DNA of 64,000 bases from Candidatus Versatilivorator sp. (GTDB lineage Bacteria > Acidobacteriota > Terriglobia > Versatilivoradales > Versatilivoraceae), in assembly GCA_965207735.1 (NCBI GenBank), contig OZ242296.1, positions 576,001 through 640,000 of the forward strand, in the 5' to 3' direction. This document shows, in pieces, positions 19,375-28,326 of the stretch (positions within the stretch are counted from its first letter, which is position 1; each line of letters starts with the position of its first letter). The translations under genes were made by a program, and so were the position numbers. The notes beneath the pieces are model-generated. The model had not been told where the DNA came from and did no database searches. It saw only the letters and a list, made by a program, of their open reading frames with translations.

Positions 19375-22323
19375 TCAGTCGACGAACAGAAATTCGTTGG
19401 AACTCAACAGCGTCTGCAGATATTGCCTCAGCCGATCGGTGGGCGGATGGTTCCGGGCTTCGACCGAATCCATGAAGTTCAGGGCCAGTTGGCGCTCCTC
19501 CCGGGTGGCTTGGCGGCCGAAAATCAGTTGGTAGGCCCGGTCGACCACCCGGTCGTCCAACGGGTCTTCTTTCTCCTGGACTCGATCCGCCAGAACTCCG
19601 GCCTGGTTCCATACCAGGCTGCTGTTGAGAAAGAAGAGCTTCTGCGACGGCACGTTGGTGACGGCCCGCTGCTGGCTGCTCAAGCTGGGGTCGGGAAAAT
19701 CGAAAAGGGCCAGCATGCTGTCCAGCCCGGAACGTTTCACTTCACCGTAGACGCTCCGGCGCCGTGCATCCTTGGACAGATCCACCGAAGCCCCGCCGAT
19801 GTCGGGACGCAGGGTTCCCGCGATGACCAGAATGGAATCGCGCAAGGCCTCGGCGTCCAGCCGTCGCCGGTTGGCTCGCCACAGCAGCCGGTTCTCGGGA
19901 TCCTTGAGGGCGGCTGTCTCGGAGTGGCGGCTGCTTTGCCGGTAGGTGGCCGACAGCAGAATCTCGCGGTGCAAGGCCTTGACCGAGTAGTTGCTCTGGA
20001 TGAAACGGTGAGTCAAATATTCCAGCAGTTCCGGGTGAGTGGGCGGCGAGCCCAGCCGGCCGAAATTGCCGGGGGTTTGGACGATGCCCTGACCGAAATG
20101 GTTCTGCCAGATGCGGTTGACCATGACCCTTGCCGACAGGGGATGGCCGGCTATGGCCTCGGCCAGCTGCAAGCGCCCGCTGCCCTGGTTCAGGGGCTGG
20201 GGCCGGCCGTTGCCCAGCACCGCCAGGAATCGGCGCGGGGTCTTATCGCCCAGATCGTAGGGATTGCCCCGCACGTGGATGTGGGAATCACCGGGAAGGG
20301 CAGAGTCTGCCATCCCGTGGATGTAGGCGTAGGCAGACGGGCTGCTGCTCTTCAACCCCTCCAGCTTAGAGCGCAATGTCGTCAGATAGGTCTTCCATTC
20401 GCCATCGAGGTAACTTTCCAGTTTTTCGTCCTGCAGTCGGAACAGGCCGTAGTCCTCCTTCATGAAGCTGTTGGTCAGGTCGGTAGCCCCGAACAGATCC
20501 AGCCACAGAATGTACTTTTCCCGGGAGATGGGCTCGAGCGTCAGCTCGCAGATGTGGCAGAAATCGTCGGCGCGAAACCCGTTAGGCAGAAAGACGGCCG
20601 TCTCGGGGTCGACTTTCGGCTTGTTGGACTCCAGGATGATGTGATTCTTCTCGTCGGCTTCCCTCTTCTCGGCGAAGACTGCCAGCGCCAGCGCCTGAAA
20701 GTCCTCGGCGACCCTGGTGGCCTCCTCCAGAGTTCCGCCCCGCGCCCGCAGGTCGTCCCAGGCTTGCAGGTAGGGGTGTCGCCTTTCCTCGCCAGTCAAG
20801 TAACCGAACCACGCTTCCAGCAACTCGGGGTCGATTTCTGCGTCTCGGGCCAGGTGGGCGCGAGAGAACTCCGGATCCCGAAGCGATTTCCAGGTCGCCA
20901 ACAGGTATCGTGCCGTCTTCCAGGCGAGCATCTCGCTGAGTTGGATGGACTGCTTGTCGAGAAACTTCTTGATCGAGTCCTCCAGGGCCTTCACCTTCTT
21001 GTCGTGCTCCCGGTAAGCCTTGACGGTTTCCTCGGGCGCCAGCGGATACTCCCGGTAGACGGTGCTGGCCATGATTCCATCCAGTGCCCAGTAGTCGTCG
21101 AAGGCGATGGGGTCGTACTTGTGGTCGTGGCAGCGGGCGCACCCGACCGTCAGACCCAGGAATCCACGCGAGATGGCATCGATACGGTCGAAACGTTCGT
21201 CGGCCCGGGCCTGGGGAGCCTGCACGGCGCCGTAATACCAGACTCCCAGGCTGAGGAATCCGGTGCCGGCGAGCAGCTTGTCCTTGTCCTCGCGCTGCAG
21301 CAGGTCACCGGCGATCTGAGCCCTGACGAACCGGTCATAGGGCATGTCCTGGTTGAAGGCCTGGATCACCCAGTCGCGGTAGCGCCAAGCATTGGGATAT
21401 TGGGAATTTCCCGCGGGGCCGTAAAGGTCATCCTCGGCATAGCGGGCCACATCCAGCCAGTAGCGTCCCCATCGTTCCCCGTAGTGGGGAGACTCCAGCA
21501 GCCGGTCGACCAGCCTGGACCAGGCCTGTGGGGACCGATCCTGCAGGAAGGCGTCCACTTCCGCCGGGGTGGGGGGCAAACCGGTGAGGTTGTAGCTCAG
21601 TCGTCGAATCAATTCTCGAGGGCTGGCCTGCGGGGATGGACGCAGGCCGGCCTTTTCCAGACGGGCCAGAATGAAGCGATCGATGGCGGTGCGGGGCCAG
21701 CGCGAGTCCCGGACCGCGGGCGGGGAAGGGCGTCGAACCGGAAGAAAAGCCCAGTATTGCCGGTCCTTTTCCGTAATGGTGAACTCGCGGTTGCTGGAAT
21801 TGGACGGAGCTTCGACCGAGAGCCGGGGCCAGGGCGCGCCCATCTCGACCCAGCGAACGAGGTCGGAGATCTGCTGCTGTCGGAGCTTCTCTCCCAGCGG
21901 CATTCGCAAACGGGAATGGGAATGATCCACGGCTTGGATCAGGAGACTCTGGGCCGGCTTGCCGGGGACGATGGCGGGCCCCAGGGTCCCGCCCTGGATC
22001 AGAGCCTGCCGGGAGTTCACCTTGAGTCCGCTGCTGGCCGTTTCGCTGTGGCAGCTATAGCACTTCTCTACCAGCAGGGGGCGAATGCGGAGCTCGAAGA
22101 AATCTTCTGCTTCGGCCACGGGGACGGCGCCTTGGGCAACGGTGGCGCCCAAGACCAGGATGGCCGGCACCAGCCCGAAGCAGCGCGCCCGCTCCCAAAC
22201 CGGCCGTCCAGACTCCCGCGCCCGATTCCCGGGTCCAAGCCTCGGGGCCGTGCGATTCAACCCAGTGCCTGGGAACTTCAGGAATCCAAGGCGAAGGACC
22301 GTAATCATGGAACAAGAATCCAT
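19375..22323 (-). CDS. PSD1/PSCyt (DUF1549/DUF1553) planctomycete-type cytochrome c protein
   Basis: CYSCH and CARCHDHKYDP haem motifs, YGERWGRYWLDVARYA, PTHPELL, RRLDAEALRD; exact start uncertain. Confidence 0.9.
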   Translation of the reverse strand: MDSCSMITVLRLGFLKFPGTGLNRTAPRLGPGNRARESGRPVWERARCFGLVPAILVLGATVAQGAVPVAEAEDFFELRIRPLLVEKCYSCHSETASSGLKVNSRQALIQGGTLGPAIVPGKPAQSLLIQAVDHSHSRLRMPLGEKLRQQQISDLVRWVEMGAPWPRLSVEAPSNSSNREFTITEKDRQYWAFLPVRRPSPPAVRDSRWPRTAIDRFILARLEKAGLRPSPQASPRELIRRLSYNLTGLPPTPAEVDAFLQDRSPQAWSRLVDRLLESPHYGERWGRYWLDVARYAEDDLYGPAGNSQYPNAWRYRDWVIQAFNQDMPYDRFVRAQIAGDLLQREDKDKLLAGTGFLSLGVWYYGAVQAPQARADERFDRIDAISRGFLGLTVGCARCHDHKYDPIAFDDYWALDGIMASTVYREYPLAPEETVKAYREHDKKVKALEDSIKKFLDKQSIQLSEMLAWKTARYLLATWKSLRDPEFSRAHLARDAEIDPELLEAWFGYLTGEERRHPYLQAWDDLRARGGTLEEATRVAEDFQALALAVFAEKREADEKNHIILESNKPKVDPETAVFLPNGFRADDFCHICELTLEPISREKYILWLDLFGATDLTNSFMKEDYGLFRLQDEKLESYLDGEWKTYLTTLRSKLEGLKSSSPSAYAYIHGMADSALPGDSHIHVRGNPYDLGDKTPRRFLAVLGNGRPQPLNQGSGRLQLAEAIAGHPLSARVMVNRIWQNHFGQGIVQTPGNFGRLGSPPTHPELLEYLTHRFIQSNYSVKALHREILLSATYRQSSRHSETAALKDPENRLLWRANRRRLDAEALRDSILVIAGTLRPDIGGASVDLSKDARRRSVYGEVKRSGLDSMLALFDFPDPSLSSQQRAVTNVPSQKLFFLNSSLVWNQAGVLADRVQEKEDPLDDRVVDRAYQLIFGRQATREERQLALNFMDSVEARNHPPTDRLRQYLQTLLSSNEFLFVD

Positions 22324-22533
22324 CCTGCGAGGGCGATTGGTGCAGCTAAACGCTTATGATAGCATTATTTGCTCGCGCCGGCGGGCTGTTCCGGCGGAAG
22401 ATTCCACTCCTCTCCCATCCGGCTGGCTCGTGAGTTTTGTTTCTGAAAGTGCCACTGCCATCTTCCTTGACCGGCTTCGCCCACTCATGGGCGTCCAATT
22501 TCAATTCAACCACCCCCAAAGGAGGCTGTGGTT

Positions 22534-23601
22534 ATGCCAAGTATCGAGATCCTAGACTCTGGAATCATCGACAACCGGGACTCTTCCTTTCCCACCCTGG
22601 TCCGACTGGACAACGGGGACATCCTGGCCGGCTTTACGGTGGGCGGAGGGCCGAGCGTCACCGGGGGGACCGACCTGGCTCGCTCCACCGACAACGGCAG
22701 GTCCTGGAGTCTGCAGGGACCGATCCTGGAGCCCGGAGACAATCCACGCACCACCAATTCGTTGCGCTTGAGCCGTACTCCGCAGGGCATGGTCATCGCC
22801 TATGGGACGCGGGCCTATCCGCCGGAAGAGAAAAAGCAGTTCGGGAGCGCCACCCGAAAAGAACCCATCCTTTGTCTCTCACGAGACCAGGGCAAGACCT
22901 GGACCGATCCCCAGCTGCTGCCGGCCTCCATTCCCGGCCCTTTTGAGATCGCCAGTCCCGTCATTGTTACCAGCAATGGCAACTGGCTGGCGCCGGCTGC
23001 GACCCTCACTCAGCAGGATCGGCTTGGGGAACGGCTGGTGATGTTCATTTCCGAGGATGAGGGGAAGACCTGGCCCCGCACGTCGCTGGCGATGAAGGAT
23101 CCGGAAGGAGTCAAGGGGTTTTTCGAGCAGAAGCTGACTCGGCTCGACGGCGACCGGGTGATGGCGGTGTCCTGGACACTGCGCATGGGCGACTACTCCG
23201 ACTTCGAGGACCATTTCGTCATATCCGACGACGGAGGGGACACCTGGGGGCCGTTGCGATCCACCGGAGTTCGCGGCCAGACCATGACCCCCGTCTGGCT
23301 GGGTGAAGACCGGTTGCTGGTTCTCTACAACCGGCGATACGGAAAGCAGGGCGTTATCGCCCTCCTGGTGCGTTTCACCGAAGACTCCTGGACGGTCGAC
23401 TGCGAAGAAACGCTCTGGGACGCGCGGGCCTCCAGGGAAGCCCCGGAGGAAGCCGATGGAATCAATGAGCTGGAGACCTTCGCTTTCGGTTTGCCATCGG
23501 CGATTGCGCTGGACCGGGAGACACTGCTTTGCGTCCATTGGTGCATGGAGCAGGAAAAGTTCGGCATTCGTTGGACCCGAGTCCGGGTCGGCTGGGAATA
23601 G
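22534..23601 (+). CDS. BNR/Asp-box sialidase-like beta-propeller
   Basis: Four Asp-boxes (STDNGRSW, SRDQGKTW, SEDEGKTW, SDDGGDTW); GGAGG RBS. Confidence 0.8.
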   Translation: MPSIEILDSGIIDNRDSSFPTLVRLDNGDILAGFTVGGGPSVTGGTDLARSTDNGRSWSLQGPILEPGDNPRTTNSLRLSRTPQGMVIAYGTRAYPPEEKKQFGSATRKEPILCLSRDQGKTWTDPQLLPASIPGPFEIASPVIVTSNGNWLAPAATLTQQDRLGERLVMFISEDEGKTWPRTSLAMKDPEGVKGFFEQKLTRLDGDRVMAVSWTLRMGDYSDFEDHFVISDDGGDTWGPLRSTGVRGQTMTPVWLGEDRLLVLYNRRYGKQGVIALLVRFTEDSWTVDCEETLWDARASREAPEEADGINELETFAFGLPSAIALDRETLLCVHWCMEQEKFGIRWTRVRVGWE

Positions 23602-23630
23602 CCGGAGTCTGGGGTTTCGACCCAAAGGCA

Positions 23631-23680
23631 AAAAAGATATCCACGAAGGGACACGAAGAACGACGAAGGGTAACGAAGGG
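23631..23680 (+). repeat. CCACGAAGGG 10-bp-period repeat, copy 3
   Basis: AAAAAGATATCCACGAAGGGACACGAAGAACGACGAAGGGTAACGAAGGG. Confidence 0.75.
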
Positions 23681-23728
23681 ATCGTACTTGACTTACTAGT
23701 CAATGATGTATCCACTCAAGAGATCCGC

Positions 23729-25099
23729 ATGAGAAATTCCTTGCTGCAGGAATTGGCTGCCCGGGCCGAGGCGGACAAGCCGCTTCGAGTCGGGGTGATC
23801 GGGGCGGGGAAGTTCGCCACCATGTTCTTCAGCCAGGCCCGCCGACTGAACGGGCTGCACCTGGCAGGAGTGGTGGATCTCGCCAGGGACAGGGCGGCCC
23901 AGGCATTTCTGCGGGCCGGTTGGCCGGCCGAACAGTTTGGGGCTACAGACCTCGGGGAGGCGATGAGAACGGGCACGACCTGGCTGTCGGAAGACGCCGA
24001 GGCGCTGTTATGTGCCGGAGGCGTGGATGTCATCGTGGAAGCCACGGGCGATCCGGTCGCGGGGATCGGTCACGCCTTGAAGGCCATGGATCAGGGGAAG
24101 CACCTGGTCATGGTCAACGTGGAAGCCGACGTGGTGGCCGGCCCCCTGTTGGCCCGGCGAGCCCGGCGGGCCGGGGTCGTCTACAGCCTGGCTTACGGGG
24201 ACCAGCCGGCGCTGATCTGCGAATTGGTGGATTGGGCCCGGTGCAGCGGCTTCGAGGTGGTGTGCGCGGGCAAGGGGACCAAGTATCTCCCCGCGTTTCA
24301 CGCCTCCACCCCGGACACGGTCTGGGAACACTATGGTTTCAGCCAGGCCAAGGTGGCGGGAGGCGAGCTCAATCCGAGAATGTTCAATTCCTTTCTGGAC
24401 GGCACCAAGTCGGCCATCGAGATGGCTGCCGTGGCCAACGCCACCGGACTACAACCCCAGGCAGAAGGTCTGAATTTCCCCCCCTGCAGCCAGGATCGCC
24501 TTGCGGAGGTTTGCCGCCCGCGCTCCAGCGGGGGCTGTCTGTCGCGCTCGGGAACGGTTGAAGTCGTCTCCAGCCTGGAACGAGACGGCCGTCCCGTGCC
24601 CGGGGACCTGCGCTGGGGAGTCTACGTCACCTTTGAGGCCCCCAACGACTACGTCAGGGAATGCTTTGCCGAGTATGGCCTGCAGACCGATGCCGCCGGC
24701 GGCACCGCGGCTCTCTACCGGCCGGTTCACCTGGTGGGAATGGAATTGTCGGTCACTGTGCTCAAAGCGGGACTGGCCGGAGAAGCGACCGGATGCCCCG
24801 CCGCCTTTGCCGGGGACGTGGTGGCCACGGCCAAGCGGGATCTCTCGGCCGGCGAAGTACTGGACGGAGAGGGCGGCTATACCGTCTACGGCAGGCTGCA
24901 ACCCTCGGCCGCGGCCACTTGCATCGGAGGCCTTCCCATCGGTCTGGCCCACCATGTGACCCTCCTCAACGACATTCCCGCCGGCAGCCCGATCGGCTGG
25001 GCCGACGTACGACACGACCCCGCCGATCCCGCTGTCCTCATCCGCAGGGAAATGGAAAGGACGTTCGCTACTCGGCCGGCAAGTAGTTTATCGATGTAA
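23729..25099 (+). CDS. Homoserine-dehydrogenase-like NAD(P) oxidoreductase with C-terminal SAF domain
   Basis: GVIGAGKF Rossmann motif, VNVEADV, GDQP, DGTKSAIEM, AKRDLSAGEVLDGEGGY. Confidence 0.85.
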   Translation: MRNSLLQELAARAEADKPLRVGVIGAGKFATMFFSQARRLNGLHLAGVVDLARDRAAQAFLRAGWPAEQFGATDLGEAMRTGTTWLSEDAEALLCAGGVDVIVEATGDPVAGIGHALKAMDQGKHLVMVNVEADVVAGPLLARRARRAGVVYSLAYGDQPALICELVDWARCSGFEVVCAGKGTKYLPAFHASTPDTVWEHYGFSQAKVAGGELNPRMFNSFLDGTKSAIEMAAVANATGLQPQAEGLNFPPCSQDRLAEVCRPRSSGGCLSRSGTVEVVSSLERDGRPVPGDLRWGVYVTFEAPNDYVRECFAEYGLQTDAAGGTAALYRPVHLVGMELSVTVLKAGLAGEATGCPAAFAGDVVATAKRDLSAGEVLDGEGGYTVYGRLQPSAAATCIGGLPIGLAHHVTLLNDIPAGSPIGWADVRHDPADPAVLIRREMERTFATRPASSLSM

Positions 25100-25189
25100 A
25101 CCCCAAGCCCGATTTTCCGCACGATGGTCCGGGTTCAAGTACCTTCCGGCGACAGCGGCGGGAACATTGGCGCTCAAACTTCAGGGGGA

Positions 25190-25822
25190 TTACAGGGTAT
25201 TCAGGTGGAGGCCGGTGGCCGCGTCCACGAAGACGGTGCGTTTGGCGGAGCCGCGGGTTTCGCCCCAGATCACGCGCCAGACCGGGTGGGTGTATCGGGG
25301 GGTGGATTCCAGCAGGAAGTGGATGGGGAGATCGGGGTTTTTCTTGAGAAATCGGGCGCTCTTTTCTGCCGCCTTGTCGTAGGCTTTGGTCGAGTCGATC
25401 TTGAAGAGCTGTATGATGAAGGGTCTGGCCTGTCCTCTTCCCGACCAGGCTTCCGGTATACCCGCTCGGACCCCCTTGCGGATGCTGGTGCCGGATTTGA
25501 CCACCGAGTAGGTATAGGTGGCAGACTTTCGCTTTTGTGCGGACACGAAGGTGGCCTGCCACACGGCGTACCTTCCGGCCTTGCTGGGGACCTCCTTGAG
25601 ATTGAAGCTCGACAAGCGAAGAGGCAGCGCATCGGCGGACCAGTGTCGGGCTTGAACGTAGAGCCGGTGGAAGGCCGTATGGGCCGCTACCGGCGAGGGA
25701 GGCTTTGGCGGCTCAGGATCAGGCTCCGGCTCGGGAGCCGGCGCACAGGAGACGGCCAGCAGGCCAAACAGAATCACCGCCAGGGCAGGGAGGGTCAGGT
25801 CGTGGGCGTTCTTGATATTCAC
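25190..25822 (-). CDS. Hypothetical lipoprotein
   Basis: LAVSC lipobox, Pro-rich linker, PepSY-like end VFVDAATG. Confidence 0.65.
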   Translation of the reverse strand: MNIKNAHDLTLPALAVILFGLLAVSCAPAPEPEPDPEPPKPPSPVAAHTAFHRLYVQARHWSADALPLRLSSFNLKEVPSKAGRYAVWQATFVSAQKRKSATYTYSVVKSGTSIRKGVRAGIPEAWSGRGQARPFIIQLFKIDSTKAYDKAAEKSARFLKKNPDLPIHFLLESTPRYTHPVWRVIWGETRGSAKRTVFVDAATGLHLNTL

Positions 25823-25934
25823 TGGATTCGGGTGACTGAGATGGGAACCGCTGCGGCCTCTGTTGGCGCCGCTGAATTCTACAGCTTACCGGATGACCGG
25901 CCGGAAAACCAGCCTTTGCCCTCGGGCGGGCGGC

Positions 25935-28310
25935 TCAGAATCCGATCCGGATGCGGCCGCTCCACATCCGCGGGTGGCCGAAGTGGGTCCCACTGAAGGG
26001 GTTGCCGAAATTGTAGGCGAAACGCCGGTTGGTCAGGTTGCGCACGTCGAACTGAGTCCGGAGGGTGACGCGCCGGTCCGAAAAGAAATCTTTGCCCAGC
26101 GACAGATCGAAGAGGGCTCTGGGTTTGATGCGCCCGCGTTCGAAGTTGACCAGCTCGGCCCCCGGACGCTCCCGCAGTTCATCCAGCTCTTCCAGCTCCA
26201 CCTCCAGGGGCGGCCCACTCTCGTAGCGCCCCGACAAACCGAACCAGAATCGGGAGGGATGCTCGTAAATCATCCCGAATCCCCCGGTGTTTCTTTGATC
26301 GTGGTCGGGATTGAAGCGGGTCCCGGGCCCGATCTCGATCACTTCTTCCTCCAGAAACAGTCCTCCGTTAATGGGGCCCACCTGAAAGACTCGCGAGTTG
26401 GAATAGCTCAGGTATCCGGACCAGCCCTTTCGCTGCGGAAAATCGATGCGGGCCTCCAGTCCCTGAGCCTTGCCCCGAGCTACCGAGTTGGGAAAGATGA
26501 CCGTCGTGCCCAGAAACACGTTGGGATCGGCATAGTTTCTTACCAGTCTCCACCAGTAAGCGGTGTTGAGTTGGAACCAGTCGCCGAAGGGCTGGCCGAA
26601 TCCCACCTCGAACGCATGTTGTCTCTCCGGTGCCACCAGCGCGCCGCCGATGCCCTCAGGCGTCGCAAACGGGGAGAGGCGCCGGGCCTGCTCGGATGAG
26701 GAGAGCAACAGATTCTCGATCTGCGGCGGCATGAACAAGCGGTTGTAGGAAGCTCGTAGGACGGTTCGGCTGTAGGGCACCAGAACGGCGGCGCCGGCGC
26801 GCGGGCTGACCTGGGCGGTGGAAACCATGACGGCGGTGTGGTCGAACCGGACACCCGCGTTGATGGTCAGGTTCCTGCCCAGCGAAAAGGTGTCTTGCAG
26901 AAATACGGACCCTTGGCCCCGCACAGCCCGTTCCTGGAAGACAAAGGGGTTCTCCCGGTCAAACTCCAGCGCCAGATCGCTCAAGTCGAATTCTTCGCCA
27001 AATTCCTCGTCCGTTACAAAAAAGGAAAAGAATTCGCGGGGGGTGACCCGTTGGGCGTCGGCGCCCGCCTTGAGGGTGTGACCGCCAACTCGATGAGTCA
27101 GGTTCAGCAGTACCCCCGAGCGCACGTGGCGGCGGAGTTGAGTGGCTGAGACCGGCAGGTCGTTGGCGCTGGGGATCAGCTCGGAGCGGAAGGAACGGCG
27201 ATATCCCCCCAGGTTGGTGGCCGTAGACGGCGACCAGTTTCTCTGCCAGGCAAACGACTGGTGGTTGTCGTTCAGTCGCTGGCGCTGGCGCTGGCCGGCC
27301 TGTTCCTGCAGATAGGTGTTGGTGACCGCAAAGCGGCTTCCGTGGCCCGACAGGTTCGCGACCAGAATGTCGCGGGCCGAGGGATGCCAGTCCATCCGGG
27401 AGTCGAATCGCTGAGCCCATCCCCGGTTGTTGAAGTTCCCGGGGTCCACCGGGTCGAGGTAGCGCCGGCCGGACCCCGTCAGGGAGTGGGCCAAGAAAAA
27501 GCCCAGTCGGCTGCCGAGGCCTCCGGTCAGCGTGTAGCCGGCCTGGCCGCTTTGAAAGTTGCCGGCGGCCAGGCTGACCGAACCGCCCAGCGGCCGGTCG
27601 ATCCCGGACTTGGGGGTGAGGTGGACCACGGCTCCGGAGGCATTGCCGTACTCCACCGGCAAATGGCCGTTGATGACTTGCAGGGACTGGATCATCTCGG
27701 TCTGGGGCGAGCCGGCAAACAGGCGGTCGGTGCGGTCGGTCAACGGGATCCCGTCAATCAAATACAGGAATCCGTCGTCCACCCCCCTCACATGCAACAA
27801 TCCGTTGTCTTCACTGCTCCAGCCTGCAACCGTGGCGATGACCTCCTGCAGTCCCGCGGAGGGTTGGGCTCCCGGCTGCCGCTCGATGAAGGATTGGTCC
27901 AGGTCGGTTTCCAGGCCTAGGGAGTCGGCTTCCACCAGCGCCTCCACCCGGATGGACCGGGTCGGTGTGGTCAGGCTGAGCGAAACCTCAACCCGCACGG
28001 GGAGATTGGAGTGGACGCTCACCGGGCTGTTCCAGAGCTGAAATCCGGCGGCCTCGACCTGCAGCAGGTAGGGATCGAAGGGAAGGTTGTTGAAGTGAAA
28101 ACCGCCCCCGGTTCCGGTGGAGGTCTGGCGGTGGAATCCGGTGGTGCGGTTGCTGAGGCGGACCAGGGCTCCGGAGACGGTTGCTCCGGTAGGGTCAAGG
28201 ACGTTTCCTCGCAGGGTGCCGACCCGAATTTGGGCCGCCAGGGACGGACCCAGGATGAGAACACCAAACAATGCTAAAGCGTAGGGAATTCCAGGCCGAA
28301 CCATCCTCAA
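25935..28310 (-). CDS. TonB-dependent receptor
   Basis: Signal peptide, carboxypeptidase-regulatory-like N-domain, plug (LHVRG...DGIP), C-terminal NLTN...RIGF. Confidence 0.9.
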   Translation of the reverse strand: MRMVRPGIPYALALFGVLILGPSLAAQIRVGTLRGNVLDPTGATVSGALVRLSNRTTGFHRQTSTGTGGGFHFNNLPFDPYLLQVEAAGFQLWNSPVSVHSNLPVRVEVSLSLTTPTRSIRVEALVEADSLGLETDLDQSFIERQPGAQPSAGLQEVIATVAGWSSEDNGLLHVRGVDDGFLYLIDGIPLTDRTDRLFAGSPQTEMIQSLQVINGHLPVEYGNASGAVVHLTPKSGIDRPLGGSVSLAAGNFQSGQAGYTLTGGLGSRLGFFLAHSLTGSGRRYLDPVDPGNFNNRGWAQRFDSRMDWHPSARDILVANLSGHGSRFAVTNTYLQEQAGQRQRQRLNDNHQSFAWQRNWSPSTATNLGGYRRSFRSELIPSANDLPVSATQLRRHVRSGVLLNLTHRVGGHTLKAGADAQRVTPREFFSFFVTDEEFGEEFDLSDLALEFDRENPFVFQERAVRGQGSVFLQDTFSLGRNLTINAGVRFDHTAVMVSTAQVSPRAGAAVLVPYSRTVLRASYNRLFMPPQIENLLLSSSEQARRLSPFATPEGIGGALVAPERQHAFEVGFGQPFGDWFQLNTAYWWRLVRNYADPNVFLGTTVIFPNSVARGKAQGLEARIDFPQRKGWSGYLSYSNSRVFQVGPINGGLFLEEEVIEIGPGTRFNPDHDQRNTGGFGMIYEHPSRFWFGLSGRYESGPPLEVELEELDELRERPGAELVNFERGRIKPRALFDLSLGKDFFSDRRVTLRTQFDVRNLTNRRFAYNFGNPFSGTHFGHPRMWSGRIRIGF

Positions 28311-28326
28311 CCTCTGCCCGGGAGAA

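Noticed and set aside
19360-22359. 999-aa + strand ORF (also 17798-19108, 46884-49085 and many similar)
   Set aside because: Antisense shadows of well-supported genes in high-GC DNA.
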